Source: an uncultured Bacteroides sp. (GTDB lineage Bacteria > Bacteroidota > Bacteroidia > Bacteroidales > GCA-2748055). From it: a DNA stretch of 64,000 bases. Location: positions 80-64,079 of the forward strand of contig CAZRZY010000001.1 in the NCBI GenBank assembly GCA_964604655.1, read 5' to 3'. A program made the translations under genes and the position numbers. This document shows positions 55,696-64,000 of this stretch, piece after piece. Each line of letters starts with the position of its first letter. Within the stretch, counting starts at the first letter, position 1. The notes below the pieces were generated by a model that saw only the letters and a list, made by a program, of their open reading frames with translations, was not told the origin of the DNA and did no database searches.

Positions 55696-56688
55696 CTATT
55701 CAAGAGACAAAGCCGCAGCGCCAATGACTCCCGCATCGCTGGCTATCTCCGACAGCACGATCCGGACCGGATCGAAAATCATCTCCCTGATCAAACTGTA
55801 GAAGGTTTCCCGGATATGGTTCAGATAAAAATCTCCCCAATTGGTCAGTCCACCACCGATCACGATCAGGGGTGGATTCAATACCTGGAAAAGGTTATAA
55901 AGGCCTATTCCCACATAGCGAGCGCTGTCGGCAATCACTGCCCTGGAAAGAGGATCGCCCATATCAAGCCCCTTTTTCAGGGTCTGCCCGTTAATCTTCG
56001 AGAGATCAAAATGTGCGGGGATATGTAATTTGGTTATTACCCCCTCCTCCAGCTTCTTCCGGAAAAGATGGGGAAGGGCCATTCCACAAGCGCAGGCCAT
56101 CAGGCAACCCCGGTTTCCGCAGGTACAGACCAATTCGCTCTGCGGTTCCACAATGGTGTGACCAAATTCTCCGGCGGTTCCGGTCATTCCCCGGTAGAGC
56201 TTCCCCTCCAGAATGATACCCGCACCGATTCCGGTGCTGACCGTGACAAAAATCATATCGTTGAAGCCTCTCCCGGCCCCGAACCTGAACTCCCCATAGG
56301 CTTGTGCGTTGGCATCGTTGTCGAGAATCACAGGAATGTTGAAATGATGCTGCAGCTCACTTCTCAACGGATAATTACGAAATCCTTTCAGGTTGGAGCT
56401 GGTGATCATAATCCCCTCGCGGAACCGGATATGTCCTGCCGATCCCACTCCGATGGCGGGAAGGTCTTTTTCCTGCAACCTGTTCCTGTGAAGGATCTCC
56501 TTCACCTTTCCGGCCACCATTGCGATCACCTCCTCCTCCTTTCGGTCCACGTGGGCACAGGTCTGTATCTTGTCAAGGAGGAAACCGTGCTCATTGATCA
56601 GGCCGATGGCTACTTTGGTCCCTCCGATGTCTACACCGCAGAGTATTTGTTGAGCGTCCTTAACCGATGGTGTGTTCTGTTCGTGCAA
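55696..56688 (-). CDS. ROK-family sugar kinase
   Basis: The ATP-binding motif is CGVDIGGTKVAIG, and the ROK Zn motif region is CTCGNRGCLMACACG. The only ATG (56829) lies deep inside the upstream GRE gene, so I propose a TTG start at 56688. The exact start is uncertain. Confidence 0.75.
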   Translation of the reverse strand: MHEQNTPSVKDAQQILCGVDIGGTKVAIGLINEHGFLLDKIQTCAHVDRKEEEVIAMVAGKVKEILHRNRLQEKDLPAIGVGSAGHIRFREGIMITSSNLKGFRNYPLRSELQHHFNIPVILDNDANAQAYGEFRFGAGRGFNDMIFVTVSTGIGAGIILEGKLYRGMTGTAGEFGHTIVEPQSELVCTCGNRGCLMACACGMALPHLFRKKLEEGVITKLHIPAHFDLSKINGQTLKKGLDMGDPLSRAVIADSARYVGIGLYNLFQVLNPPLIVIGGGLTNWGDFYLNHIRETFYSLIREMIFDPVRIVLSEIASDAGVIGAAALSLE

Positions 56689-59077
56689 TGATATCGTCCT
56701 GAGTATCGGGAGACAAGGTCGTAAAAAAAGCGGAATATCCCGCAATCCGAACCACCAGGTCACGGTAAGCCTCCGGGTTCTTCTGTGCGGCCAGCAGCGT
56801 CTCCCTGGAGACGATATTATACTGAACATGCCAGCCCTTCAGATCAGCAAAGAAAGTACGGATAATGGATATCAGTTTCTCCCTGTCACTTTCCGTGCGA
56901 AGGGCAGAAGGGGAGAGCTTCTGGTTCAGCAGCACACCTCCCATAATCTGGTGGGCAGGAAGTTTAGCTACAGATTTGAAAACAGCGGTCGGTCCAAGAC
57001 AGTCGGTCCCGGAAGAGGGAGAGCTCCCCTCAGCCACCGGCTTGAATGCCTTCCTGCCGTCAGGGGTGGCCGGGACCACCGCCCCACTGGGTACATTGGC
57101 CGAGATGCTGGAAGTTCCAGCATAGTATCGGCATCCGATGGGTCCCCGACCATAGCGGGTGGTATGGTATTTCTCCAGTTGCTTGATAAACTCCATATAG
57201 GCATCCCTGAGCAGCAGGTCTACATAGTCATCGTCGTTGCCATATTTGGGAGCAAAGTTGAGCAGCAACTGCCGGATCTTCTCCCGCTCCACCCCTTCAA
57301 AATCATGCTCTATGGCATCCAGCAATTGATCTTTGGAGATACGGCCCTCCTCAAAAACAAGCTTCTTTATGGCGGCCAGTGCATTCCCCAGATTGGCAAT
57401 CCCCACCTGGAGGCCCGAGATGAAATCATACTTGGAGCCTCCCTCTTTAATGGTCTTTCCGCGGGGGATGCAATTGTCCACAAAGGCGGAACAGAGAATA
57501 TCCGGAACATTCTCTTCCAATGCGGTGTCTGCCGCTGTGTCGATTTCCACCGTTTTCTGGGTATAATAGGTGATCTGGCGCTTCCATGCGCTGAAAAGAT
57601 CCTCATAGGAGCTAAACGTGCGGAAATGGCCGGTCCCTTTATGAAAGGTCTTGCCGGACTGGCCATCCAGTCCGTCGTACATGGCAGCAAGGAAGACCCG
57701 CATAAGGTTCAGGAAACTCATTCCCGTGCATCGGTATCCCCATTTGCCGGGTACTGCGATCTCGATACATCCGATGGCCGAGTAATTGTATGCATCCTGT
57801 TTTTCAACGCCCAAACCGATCAACTCCGGGATGACGATCTCGTCATTATTGAATGACGGCATCCCGAATCCCATTTCGATCACCCTTATACATTCATGCA
57901 TAAATTCCTGACTCATTCCCTGATGAAACCTGACGGAAAGATTGGGCTGGGTAAGACGCATCCTGCCCACTGAACGAAGAATCAGAAAACTCAGTTCATT
58001 CACGGCATCCCTCCCGTCGGGTGTCTGACCGCCGATGGTCACATTCTGGTAAAGGGGTCCGCCTGCCGAAAACCTGGTATGGGACCAGGGGCGTATCTTA
58101 TTGATAGATAATAGTTTAATCCATGTATTCTCCAACAATTCCGAGGCCAGTTCCTCACTGATCGTGCCGTTCAGCCTGTCCGTTACAAAGAAGGGGAGGA
58201 GATACTGGTCCATTCTTCCAAGAGAGACCGAATGGCCATTGCTTTCGATCTGGAGCACCAGCTGAATGAAATAGGTAAGCTGCAATGCCTGGTAAAAATC
58301 CTTCGGGGGCCTGGTGGCGATGCGTTCACAGTTACCGGCAATCCGTTCCAGTTCATGGATGCGGACCGGGTCCTTTTCTTCTTTGCTCAGATAAATGGCC
58401 AGATCCCGGTACCTGAGAATAAAATCCTGAAGGGCCACCAGCGCCAGGGTAACAGCCTGGTAGAAATGATCTTTTCGGACCCCGTCCTGTCGAAACCGTT
58501 CCACCTGCCGGTGGAAATGACCCACCTCCTTCAGGTACCCATCCAGACCGACGGAGAGGATCTTTTCGAACTCCACCGCAATATGGGCATCCCCCGAGGT
58601 CAGGTTACCGGTGGCTTTGATGATGGCAGAATCCTGCAGGTCCCGCAGTTCCTGAGACATCAGGGCGCGGCCCCTGTCCCAGAGCACTTTTCCTTTCCAC
58701 CATTGGGCAATATCCCGCAGCTCCTTCTTGTGCTCGTAGGTGATATAGAAGGCGTCCCCCGGTCTTTTATCCAGTTCGTCCATCTCCGCAGGCAGCCAGT
58801 CCACTGCATATTCGGGAAATATAGGTGCGGCCCTGTGGGAAGAGGACTGATTTCCAACGATCAGCTCACCCTCGTCGATGTAGATGGTCATCTCCCTGAG
58901 CGTTTTCTGCAGCGCCAGGGCACGCTTGATAATGACCGGCCGATCTTCATTGTTCCGGTAGACTTCGGTATAAAACCTGGCTCTTTCGGTACATACCGAC
59001 GGTTTGGCGCTCAGGACCCGTTCTCTCAGACCGGCAATTCTTTCTGTGACCTGCTGTTCCTTCATTGTGCTGATCAT
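56660..59077 (-). CDS. Glycyl radical enzyme, PFL2/glycerol-dehydratase (1,2-eliminase) clade, substrate unknown
   Basis: The 805-aa protein has the C-terminal glycyl radical motif VVRIAGYSAFFTTL. The thiyl loop is AIGCIEIAVPG (Cys-x-Glu, as in the dehydratase/lyase GREs, not the Cys-Cys of pyruvate formate-lyase). Confidence 0.9.
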   Translation of the reverse strand: MISTMKEQQVTERIAGLRERVLSAKPSVCTERARFYTEVYRNNEDRPVIIKRALALQKTLREMTIYIDEGELIVGNQSSSHRAAPIFPEYAVDWLPAEMDELDKRPGDAFYITYEHKKELRDIAQWWKGKVLWDRGRALMSQELRDLQDSAIIKATGNLTSGDAHIAVEFEKILSVGLDGYLKEVGHFHRQVERFRQDGVRKDHFYQAVTLALVALQDFILRYRDLAIYLSKEEKDPVRIHELERIAGNCERIATRPPKDFYQALQLTYFIQLVLQIESNGHSVSLGRMDQYLLPFFVTDRLNGTISEELASELLENTWIKLLSINKIRPWSHTRFSAGGPLYQNVTIGGQTPDGRDAVNELSFLILRSVGRMRLTQPNLSVRFHQGMSQEFMHECIRVIEMGFGMPSFNNDEIVIPELIGLGVEKQDAYNYSAIGCIEIAVPGKWGYRCTGMSFLNLMRVFLAAMYDGLDGQSGKTFHKGTGHFRTFSSYEDLFSAWKRQITYYTQKTVEIDTAADTALEENVPDILCSAFVDNCIPRGKTIKEGGSKYDFISGLQVGIANLGNALAAIKKLVFEEGRISKDQLLDAIEHDFEGVEREKIRQLLLNFAPKYGNDDDYVDLLLRDAYMEFIKQLEKYHTTRYGRGPIGCRYYAGTSSISANVPSGAVVPATPDGRKAFKPVAEGSSPSSGTDCLGPTAVFKSVAKLPAHQIMGGVLLNQKLSPSALRTESDREKLISIIRTFFADLKGWHVQYNIVSRETLLAAQKNPEAYRDLVVRIAGYSAFFTTLSPDTQDDIIARTEHTIG

Positions 59078-59989
59078 TTATCCTCCAATTTTAGTGCGGT
59101 AACCCAATGATTCCGCCATTTCGGTGAAGGGATTCAGCTCCTCGTAGGTAACCTGCTTTCTTTCCGGATGGGGATAGGCTCTCCCCAGCATACGATATTT
59201 TTCTACCCCCAGGGTATGATAGGGAAGAAAGTGTATGACACTGATCCCGTCCAGGGAGGACACGAACCGGAGGATCTGGCTCATATCCTCCATGGAATTA
59301 TTGAACCCGGGGATAACCGGTATCCGTATGGTGACAGGAGCTCCCGTAAAGGTCAGTCGCCGCAGGTTCTCCATGACCAGCCTGGCATCTCCTCCGGTGT
59401 ATTGCCTGAGCCTGAACGGATCCACATGTTTCAGATCGGCTAGAAACAGATCCGCAAGACCCAGACATGTGCGGATCTTGCCCCATTCCACATGCAGGGA
59501 GGTTTCAATGGCTACGTGTATCCTCCTAGCTCTTAATTGTTTGAGCAAAGAAAGCAGTTCAGTTCCCTGTGCAAGAGGTTCACCGCCCGTCAGGGTCACT
59601 CCTCCATCATTCCCGTAAAAAGCCACATCTTTGTCGATCTCCTGTAAGATGTTCCGGCAATCCATCGATTCACCACAGAGGGTCAGCGCCCTGGACGCAC
59701 AAATATCCTTTAGAGCCAATGGATCACCTACAAGATCGCGATTGATCTTCACACCTCCTTCACACTCCAGATGGATCGCTTCAGGGGCCACCACCATGCA
59801 ATCGCCAAAACGCTTACACAAACGGGAATCATACATCAGATCATACCCAAAACTCTGGCTTTCCGGATTGCAGCACCAGCTGCATCGCAATGGGCATCCC
59901 TTGAAAAAGACCAGGGTCCGCACACCTTCGCCATCATGGGTAGAATATCGTTGAATATGGAAGATCATCCGGTTCCTGCAAGTTTTCAA
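59078..59989 (-). CDS. Glycyl radical enzyme activating enzyme (radical SAM)
   Basis: The CPLRCSWCCNPES CX3CX2C motif follows GEGVRTLVFFKGC. There is an extra Cys-rich ferredoxin-like insert. It directly abuts the GRE start codon. Confidence 0.9.
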   Translation of the reverse strand: MKTCRNRMIFHIQRYSTHDGEGVRTLVFFKGCPLRCSWCCNPESQSFGYDLMYDSRLCKRFGDCMVVAPEAIHLECEGGVKINRDLVGDPLALKDICASRALTLCGESMDCRNILQEIDKDVAFYGNDGGVTLTGGEPLAQGTELLSLLKQLRARRIHVAIETSLHVEWGKIRTCLGLADLFLADLKHVDPFRLRQYTGGDARLVMENLRRLTFTGAPVTIRIPVIPGFNNSMEDMSQILRFVSSLDGISVIHFLPYHTLGVEKYRMLGRAYPHPERKQVTYEELNPFTEMAESLGYRTKIGG

Positions 59990-60213
59990 TGTAAAGATAA
60001 TAAACTTTCATGTGAAATCAATATTGCCTTCGTTAAGAATTAGTAATCATATTTCCGGGCTTATTCCTCTAAGGAAGGCCGGATGCCGTGCAGGTTCAGG
60101 TGAAAGAAGAAGACCTGGAGCGTTCCATACAGCACCTGTTCAAAACGGTTCTGCAGGAATCGAATATTCCCGTACGCATATTCCCTCGGTAGGTGTGATT
60201 TTTCACAGGACAG

Positions 60214-60594
60214 CTACACAGTCATCTCCAGCCAGCTGAATAATTCCCTGGAGCGCTGCAGGTACTCCTTTGCCTGATCGGCAGTGGGCTGCTCCAGACC
60301 ATGATCGGGGTGCCTGATCTCCAGCCTTGATTCCATCAGCACCTCCAGCAGTTCCATATCCTCCTCATTGACCTTGATATTGGCCATTTTCATAAGCAAT
60401 TTCGGGTCATCCTGCCGGGGAGGATAATCCCTGGTATTCCTTATCACATGAGCATTCAGAATCTTTTCGATGGCCAAATAGCAGAAAAAAAGCCCCTCAA
60501 CCGGCCGGGCCTCATCAATTAGAAGTGCTCCGGTCACCAGGTCCGACCTGCCTGACCGGATCCAGCTGATAATGTTTATCTCAAGGTCTTTCAC
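60214..60594 (-). CDS. HEPN domain protein (no adjacent nucleotidyltransferase partner)
   Basis: The 126-aa helical protein has LFFCYLAIEKILNAHVI and an R-x4-H motif in RLEIRHPDH. This pattern is typical of small Bacteroidetes HEPN proteins. Confidence 0.6.
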   Translation of the reverse strand: MKDLEINIISWIRSGRSDLVTGALLIDEARPVEGLFFCYLAIEKILNAHVIRNTRDYPPRQDDPKLLMKMANIKVNEEDMELLEVLMESRLEIRHPDHGLEQPTADQAKEYLQRSRELFSWLEMTV

Positions 60595-60733
60595 TGCTAT
60601 ACAAATTTAATACAATTACCGGAATTCGACTGGTCCGGCTATTTTCCCGTTTCATCGGCCGGAAACTACCATTCGGCGATTTTCTTTTTTAAAGATACCA
60701 GAACTGATGGAAATTCGCAGAGTGATTAAATGA

Positions 60734-62965
60734 TTGAAAGATATGTTCACATACATACGAATCGAGTTGATGCTGATATTCTTTACACTCCTTGCTTCCG
60801 GACTTCTCGGGCGAAGCAATGATCTGTCTTTCCCGGAGACCGGTCCGCAGGACAGGAGTATGGTCCGCGGAAAAGTGCAGGATGGAAACGGAGCTGGGCT
60901 GCCGGGGGCCAATATATATCTGGCAGGTACCTATGACGGCACCTCCAGTGATTCTGAAGGTACCTTCTCCCTGGAAACCGGGCATGTGGGAATCCGCACG
61001 CTAAAAATCGAGTTCGTTGGGTTTAAATCCTATACTCAGGACCTGGATCTGAACGGTCAGATACTGGACCTGGGGACCATTCGGCTGAAAGAGGAGATCA
61101 ACGACCTTACCGCGGTGACCATTACCGCAGGAACCTTTGAGGCTGGGGATAATAGAAAATCGATTGCACTCAGTTCACTGGACATGGTTACTACTGCAGG
61201 AGCTTCAGGGGATGTATTCGGCGCATTAAAATCGCTTCCGGGGACCACTCCGGTGGGAGAGTCGGGAAAACTGTTTGTCAAAGGGGGAGATAGCCGGGAG
61301 TCTGCCACTTACATTGACGGAAACCTGGTCTATGTTCCCTACAGCTCGTCCACTCCCAATCAATCGGTCAGGGGTAGATTCAATCCTTTCATGTTCAGTG
61401 GAATGATGTTCAGTACAGGGGGGTATTCCGCTGAATACGGACAGGCGCTCTCCTCCGTCCTGGCCCTGCAGACCAACGCCATGCCGGTACAGGACCAGTT
61501 AAATTTATCTTTGCTCACGGTAGGTGCTGAACTGGGAGGAAGCAAAACCTGGGAAAGTGTCTCCGTCTCGTCCACCCTCAGCTATTATAATCTCTCCCCT
61601 TACATGAAGCTGGTTCCCCAGTTCACCCGCTGGGAAACAGAGCCCAGGTCCTTTTCGGGTGACCTGAGTCTTCGCTGGAGGACCGGGAAGTCCGGTATGC
61701 TGAAGGTCTACGCTACCGCCAACCGTTCCCGCCTTTCTGCACTGGAGAGGAGCCTCGATCGTTCAGATACTTATCTCAATTACAAGCTATTAAATGATAA
61801 CATCTTTATAAACACTTCCTGGGCTGGTGAGCTTAAGGAAAACTGGATACTATCCACAGGATTCTCCTATACGCACAATGCCGATCATATTCAGTTCGAC
61901 ACGGCAAAACATATGGAAGAACTGGTCGGAACACATGCAAAAGTCACCCTGAAACACCGGATAAATGACCATATCCGGATCCTGGCCGGAGGTGAGCATT
62001 TTTATAAACAATACGGGTTCCGTTTCCCTTCCATGGAGATGCCCGATCTGCCAGGTTTCAGTAACCATCTGGCCGGAATCTTCATCGAAAGTGAACTATA
62101 CGCCTCGACCCGGTTTGTCACCAGGGTGGGCATCCGTGGTGAGTATTCCTTCCACCTAAACCGGACCAGCCTGGCTCCCAGGCTGTCCACGGCTTACAAG
62201 CTCTCCGGACAGAGCCAGGTTTCCATGGCCTATGGATGGTTCTTCCAGGATCCGGCGGATGAATTCCTGCTCTATACGAACCGCCTGAAGTCCGAGCGTG
62301 CCGATCACCTGACATTCAATTACATGTTCAAAGAAGATCAGAGAGTGCTGAGAACCGAGCTGTTCTACAAGGACTATAAGAACCTGGTCAGGTATTCCGG
62401 TCAGCAGAACGGTCCATATGAAGGTCTCAACAATGGCGGAGAAGGTCATGCATACGGTCTGGACCTGTTCTGGAGAGACCGGCGCTCCATTCCTTCCGCA
62501 GAATACTGGATATCCTATTCATATATCGATGCCCGACGGCTCTATCTCCACTATCCCCATGAATCCATACCCGGATTTTCCAGCAAACATAACCTGTCGC
62601 TTGTTTACAAACACTGGATCGACAGACTTCGCTCTCAGCTAGGTGCTACCTTTCATATCTCCTCACCCCGTTATTACCATAATCCGAATTCATCCGAGTT
62701 CAACGGAGAGAAAACACAACCCTACCAGTCACTGGACCTGAACTGGAGTTTTCTGCCCGCCCAGAATGTAATCCTGTATGCCTCCGTCTCCAATGTGCTG
62801 GGATTGGATCAGTCATTTGGCCGCAGGTATTCGAACATGCCTGACGAGAACGGATTCTACCAGAGCGCTCCCATTCTCCCGGCTGCCAGAAGATTCTTTC
62901 TGCTGGGTTGCTTTATCACCCTCTCCAGAAATGGGGAGCTGAACCAGCTGGATAAAATCAATTGA
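60734..62965 (+). CDS. TonB-dependent receptor with carboxypeptidase-regulatory-like domain
   Basis: The CarbopepD_reg motif is VRGKVQDGNGAGLPGANIYL, followed by a plug region (SLDMVTTAGASGDVFGALKSLPG) and a long beta-barrel. Confidence 0.8.
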   Translation: MKDMFTYIRIELMLIFFTLLASGLLGRSNDLSFPETGPQDRSMVRGKVQDGNGAGLPGANIYLAGTYDGTSSDSEGTFSLETGHVGIRTLKIEFVGFKSYTQDLDLNGQILDLGTIRLKEEINDLTAVTITAGTFEAGDNRKSIALSSLDMVTTAGASGDVFGALKSLPGTTPVGESGKLFVKGGDSRESATYIDGNLVYVPYSSSTPNQSVRGRFNPFMFSGMMFSTGGYSAEYGQALSSVLALQTNAMPVQDQLNLSLLTVGAELGGSKTWESVSVSSTLSYYNLSPYMKLVPQFTRWETEPRSFSGDLSLRWRTGKSGMLKVYATANRSRLSALERSLDRSDTYLNYKLLNDNIFINTSWAGELKENWILSTGFSYTHNADHIQFDTAKHMEELVGTHAKVTLKHRINDHIRILAGGEHFYKQYGFRFPSMEMPDLPGFSNHLAGIFIESELYASTRFVTRVGIRGEYSFHLNRTSLAPRLSTAYKLSGQSQVSMAYGWFFQDPADEFLLYTNRLKSERADHLTFNYMFKEDQRVLRTELFYKDYKNLVRYSGQQNGPYEGLNNGGEGHAYGLDLFWRDRRSIPSAEYWISYSYIDARRLYLHYPHESIPGFSSKHNLSLVYKHWIDRLRSQLGATFHISSPRYYHNPNSSEFNGEKTQPYQSLDLNWSFLPAQNVILYASVSNVLGLDQSFGRRYSNMPDENGFYQSAPILPAARRFFLLGCFITLSRNGELNQLDKIN

Positions 62966-63011
62966 ACAAAATATTATATAGTCAATTATAAACCCTTAAT
63001 AGCATATTATT

Positions 63012-63653
63012 ATGAAAACTATTGCATTCATTTTCTTAACAGTCATCTCACTGAATCTTTTTGGTGAAAACGATCCCTACACCAAAAAAATGAAGGAGAG
63101 CATCGAACGGTTTCATTCCTGTACCCGTGCGGAGGAGTTCAATGAAGTGGCCAACCAGTTCAGAATAATTTCCGCAATGGAGTCCCGGAAGTGGCTACCG
63201 CTCTACTATGAAGCACACTGCTATATTCTCATGAATTTTATGGATCAAAGCGGGCCTGAAACCAAAGATGCCTACCTGGACCGGGCCGGGGAAGCGATCG
63301 ACAAAATGCTGGAACTGGCACCGGAAGAGTCGGAAGTACATGCCCTTCATGCATTTTGCCTGACCGGCAGAATGGTAGTGAATCCCCCTGCCCGTGCCCA
63401 AACCTATGCTCCACAGATTGGAGCGGCCATCGGAAAATCGCTTGCCCTTGAACCTGACAATCCGCGTGCCCGGTATATCAAGCTTTCCAATGATATGGGA
63501 ACCGCACAGTTTTTCGGCAGTGACATTACTACTTATTGCGGGGAAGCAAAAAATCTGCTGGAAGCATGGGATTCCTATCCCATCAAATCCCAATTCCATC
63601 CCATTTGGGGAAAAGAGCTGGTGCAGGGGCTGGCCAATTCCTGCAGTGACTGA
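63012..63653 (+). CDS. Secreted hypothetical protein, helical (TPR-like by composition)
   Basis: It has the signal peptide MKTIAFIFLTVISLNLFG. I recognised no family motif. Confidence 0.5.
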   Translation: MKTIAFIFLTVISLNLFGENDPYTKKMKESIERFHSCTRAEEFNEVANQFRIISAMESRKWLPLYYEAHCYILMNFMDQSGPETKDAYLDRAGEAIDKMLELAPEESEVHALHAFCLTGRMVVNPPARAQTYAPQIGAAIGKSLALEPDNPRARYIKLSNDMGTAQFFGSDITTYCGEAKNLLEAWDSYPIKSQFHPIWGKELVQGLANSCSD

Positions 63654-63685
63654 ATCTCAAAGAAACTACTAATTTTAAGGTCCAA

Positions 63686-64000
63686 ATGAAAAAATATCTC
63701 CGACCGGTCGGTGGAAGTGCGATCCTGGCCCTCCTGTTGGCATTGCTCATTTTCAGGGGATACAAGGACAATTGGGGGGAATTCCTGATATCCTATGCCT
63801 GGTCGTTTGCCCTCTGCATCACCCAGTGGCTGGGCCATGATTACATCTATGACCTGTTGGACCGCAGGATCAGTTGGAGGGAAAAACCGGTGAAGCGTGC
63901 GGCCTACGGAAGTCTGGCCATCATCCTCTATGCTGTTGCTGCTTTTATGGTGGTCCATACCCTGATGTACCGTATAGTTTACGGAGCTTTTCCGGAGAAT
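63686..64000 (+). CDS. Membrane protein, 5' part only (runs off window); possibly the TM sensor domain of a LytS/YehU-type histidine kinase
   Basis: The frame opens at ATG 63686 and stays open to the window end (105 codons). It has at least three hydrophobic segments (ILALLLALLIF, ISYAWSFALCITQW, LAIILYAVAAFMVV). The kinase assignment is a guess from typical Bacteroidetes architecture. Confidence 0.4.
   Translation, partial: MKKYLRPVGGSAILALLLALLIFRGYKDNWGEFLISYAWSFALCITQWLGHDYIYDLLDRRISWREKPVKRAAYGSLAIILYAVAAFMVVHTLMYRIVYGAFPEN

Noticed and set aside
22-59110. Many long ORFs lie antisense to or overlap the annotated genes. Examples are 22..810(+), 7317..8267(-), 11338..12597(-), 33004..34251(+), 39030..40004(-), 42177..43442(-), 56672..57856(+) and 58232..59110(+).
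   Set aside because: Each lies opposite a gene with strong family motifs. Their translations are low-complexity (Arg/Gly/Pro/His-rich) with no recognisable domains. This is typical of shadow ORFs in moderately GC-rich DNA.
60060-60213. An open frame downstream of the HEPN gene (…EYAYGNIRFLQNRFEQVLYGTLQVFFFHLNLHGIRPSLEE*) as a remnant of the missing nucleotidyltransferase partner.
   Set aside because: It has no start codon and lacks the GS-x10-D-x-D nucleotidyltransferase signature. It is probably just the 5' UTR or promoter of the GRE operon.
1-64000. A search for CRISPR arrays, tRNA/rRNA genes, transposases/integrases, prophage genes and known multi-gene defence systems.
   Set aside because: I saw no regularly spaced direct repeats, no cloverleaf-like or rRNA-like segments, and no recombinase or phage structural motifs in any ORF translation. 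The absence is by visual inspection only.

Overview
This is a 64-kb chromosomal window that looks like a Bacteroidota genome. The evidence is TAnnTTTG-type -7 promoter elements, TonB-dependent receptor/DUF4249 pairs, many lipoprotein and Tat signals, and a sulfatase-rich CAZyme island. A marine or sediment, facultatively anaerobic Bacteroidia lineage is my inference only. About 55 protein genes can be supported. I saw no rRNA, tRNA, CRISPR array, transposase or integrase. Left to right, the window contains: (1) an SOS-type module (dinB divergent from an XRE-HTH/S24 non-canonical LexA, then a Lon-N-domain protein divergent from an SRAP peptidase); (2) an 890-bp gene-free gap holding a promoter-to-terminator, highly structured ~0.4-kb RNA candidate I cannot assign to any family; (3) a serine hydrolase and an unclassifiable protein; (4) housekeeping genes (2-oxoacid dehydrogenase E2 plus fused E1, flavodoxin, leuA, TonB receptor/DUF4249, the AmmeMemoRadiSam operon, msrA, a TPR histidine kinase, hemolysin III, csp); (5) a Trp-codon leader peptide/terminator attenuator in front of a stand-alone trpB2; (6) an ~18-kb sulfatase/GH2/GH29/FAD-oxidoreductase island with no SusC/SusD pair, two clearly decayed genes, a possible third gene remnant and several large proteins of unknown function; (7) a convergent seven-gene sugar locus built around a glycyl radical enzyme and its activase; (8) a solo HEPN gene, a second TonB receptor and a truncated membrane sensor. 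The two best candidates for something undescribed are the orphan structured RNA (3872-4326) and the glycyl-radical sugar locus (52195-59989). All calls come from reading translations and motifs by eye. No database search or folding computation was run.
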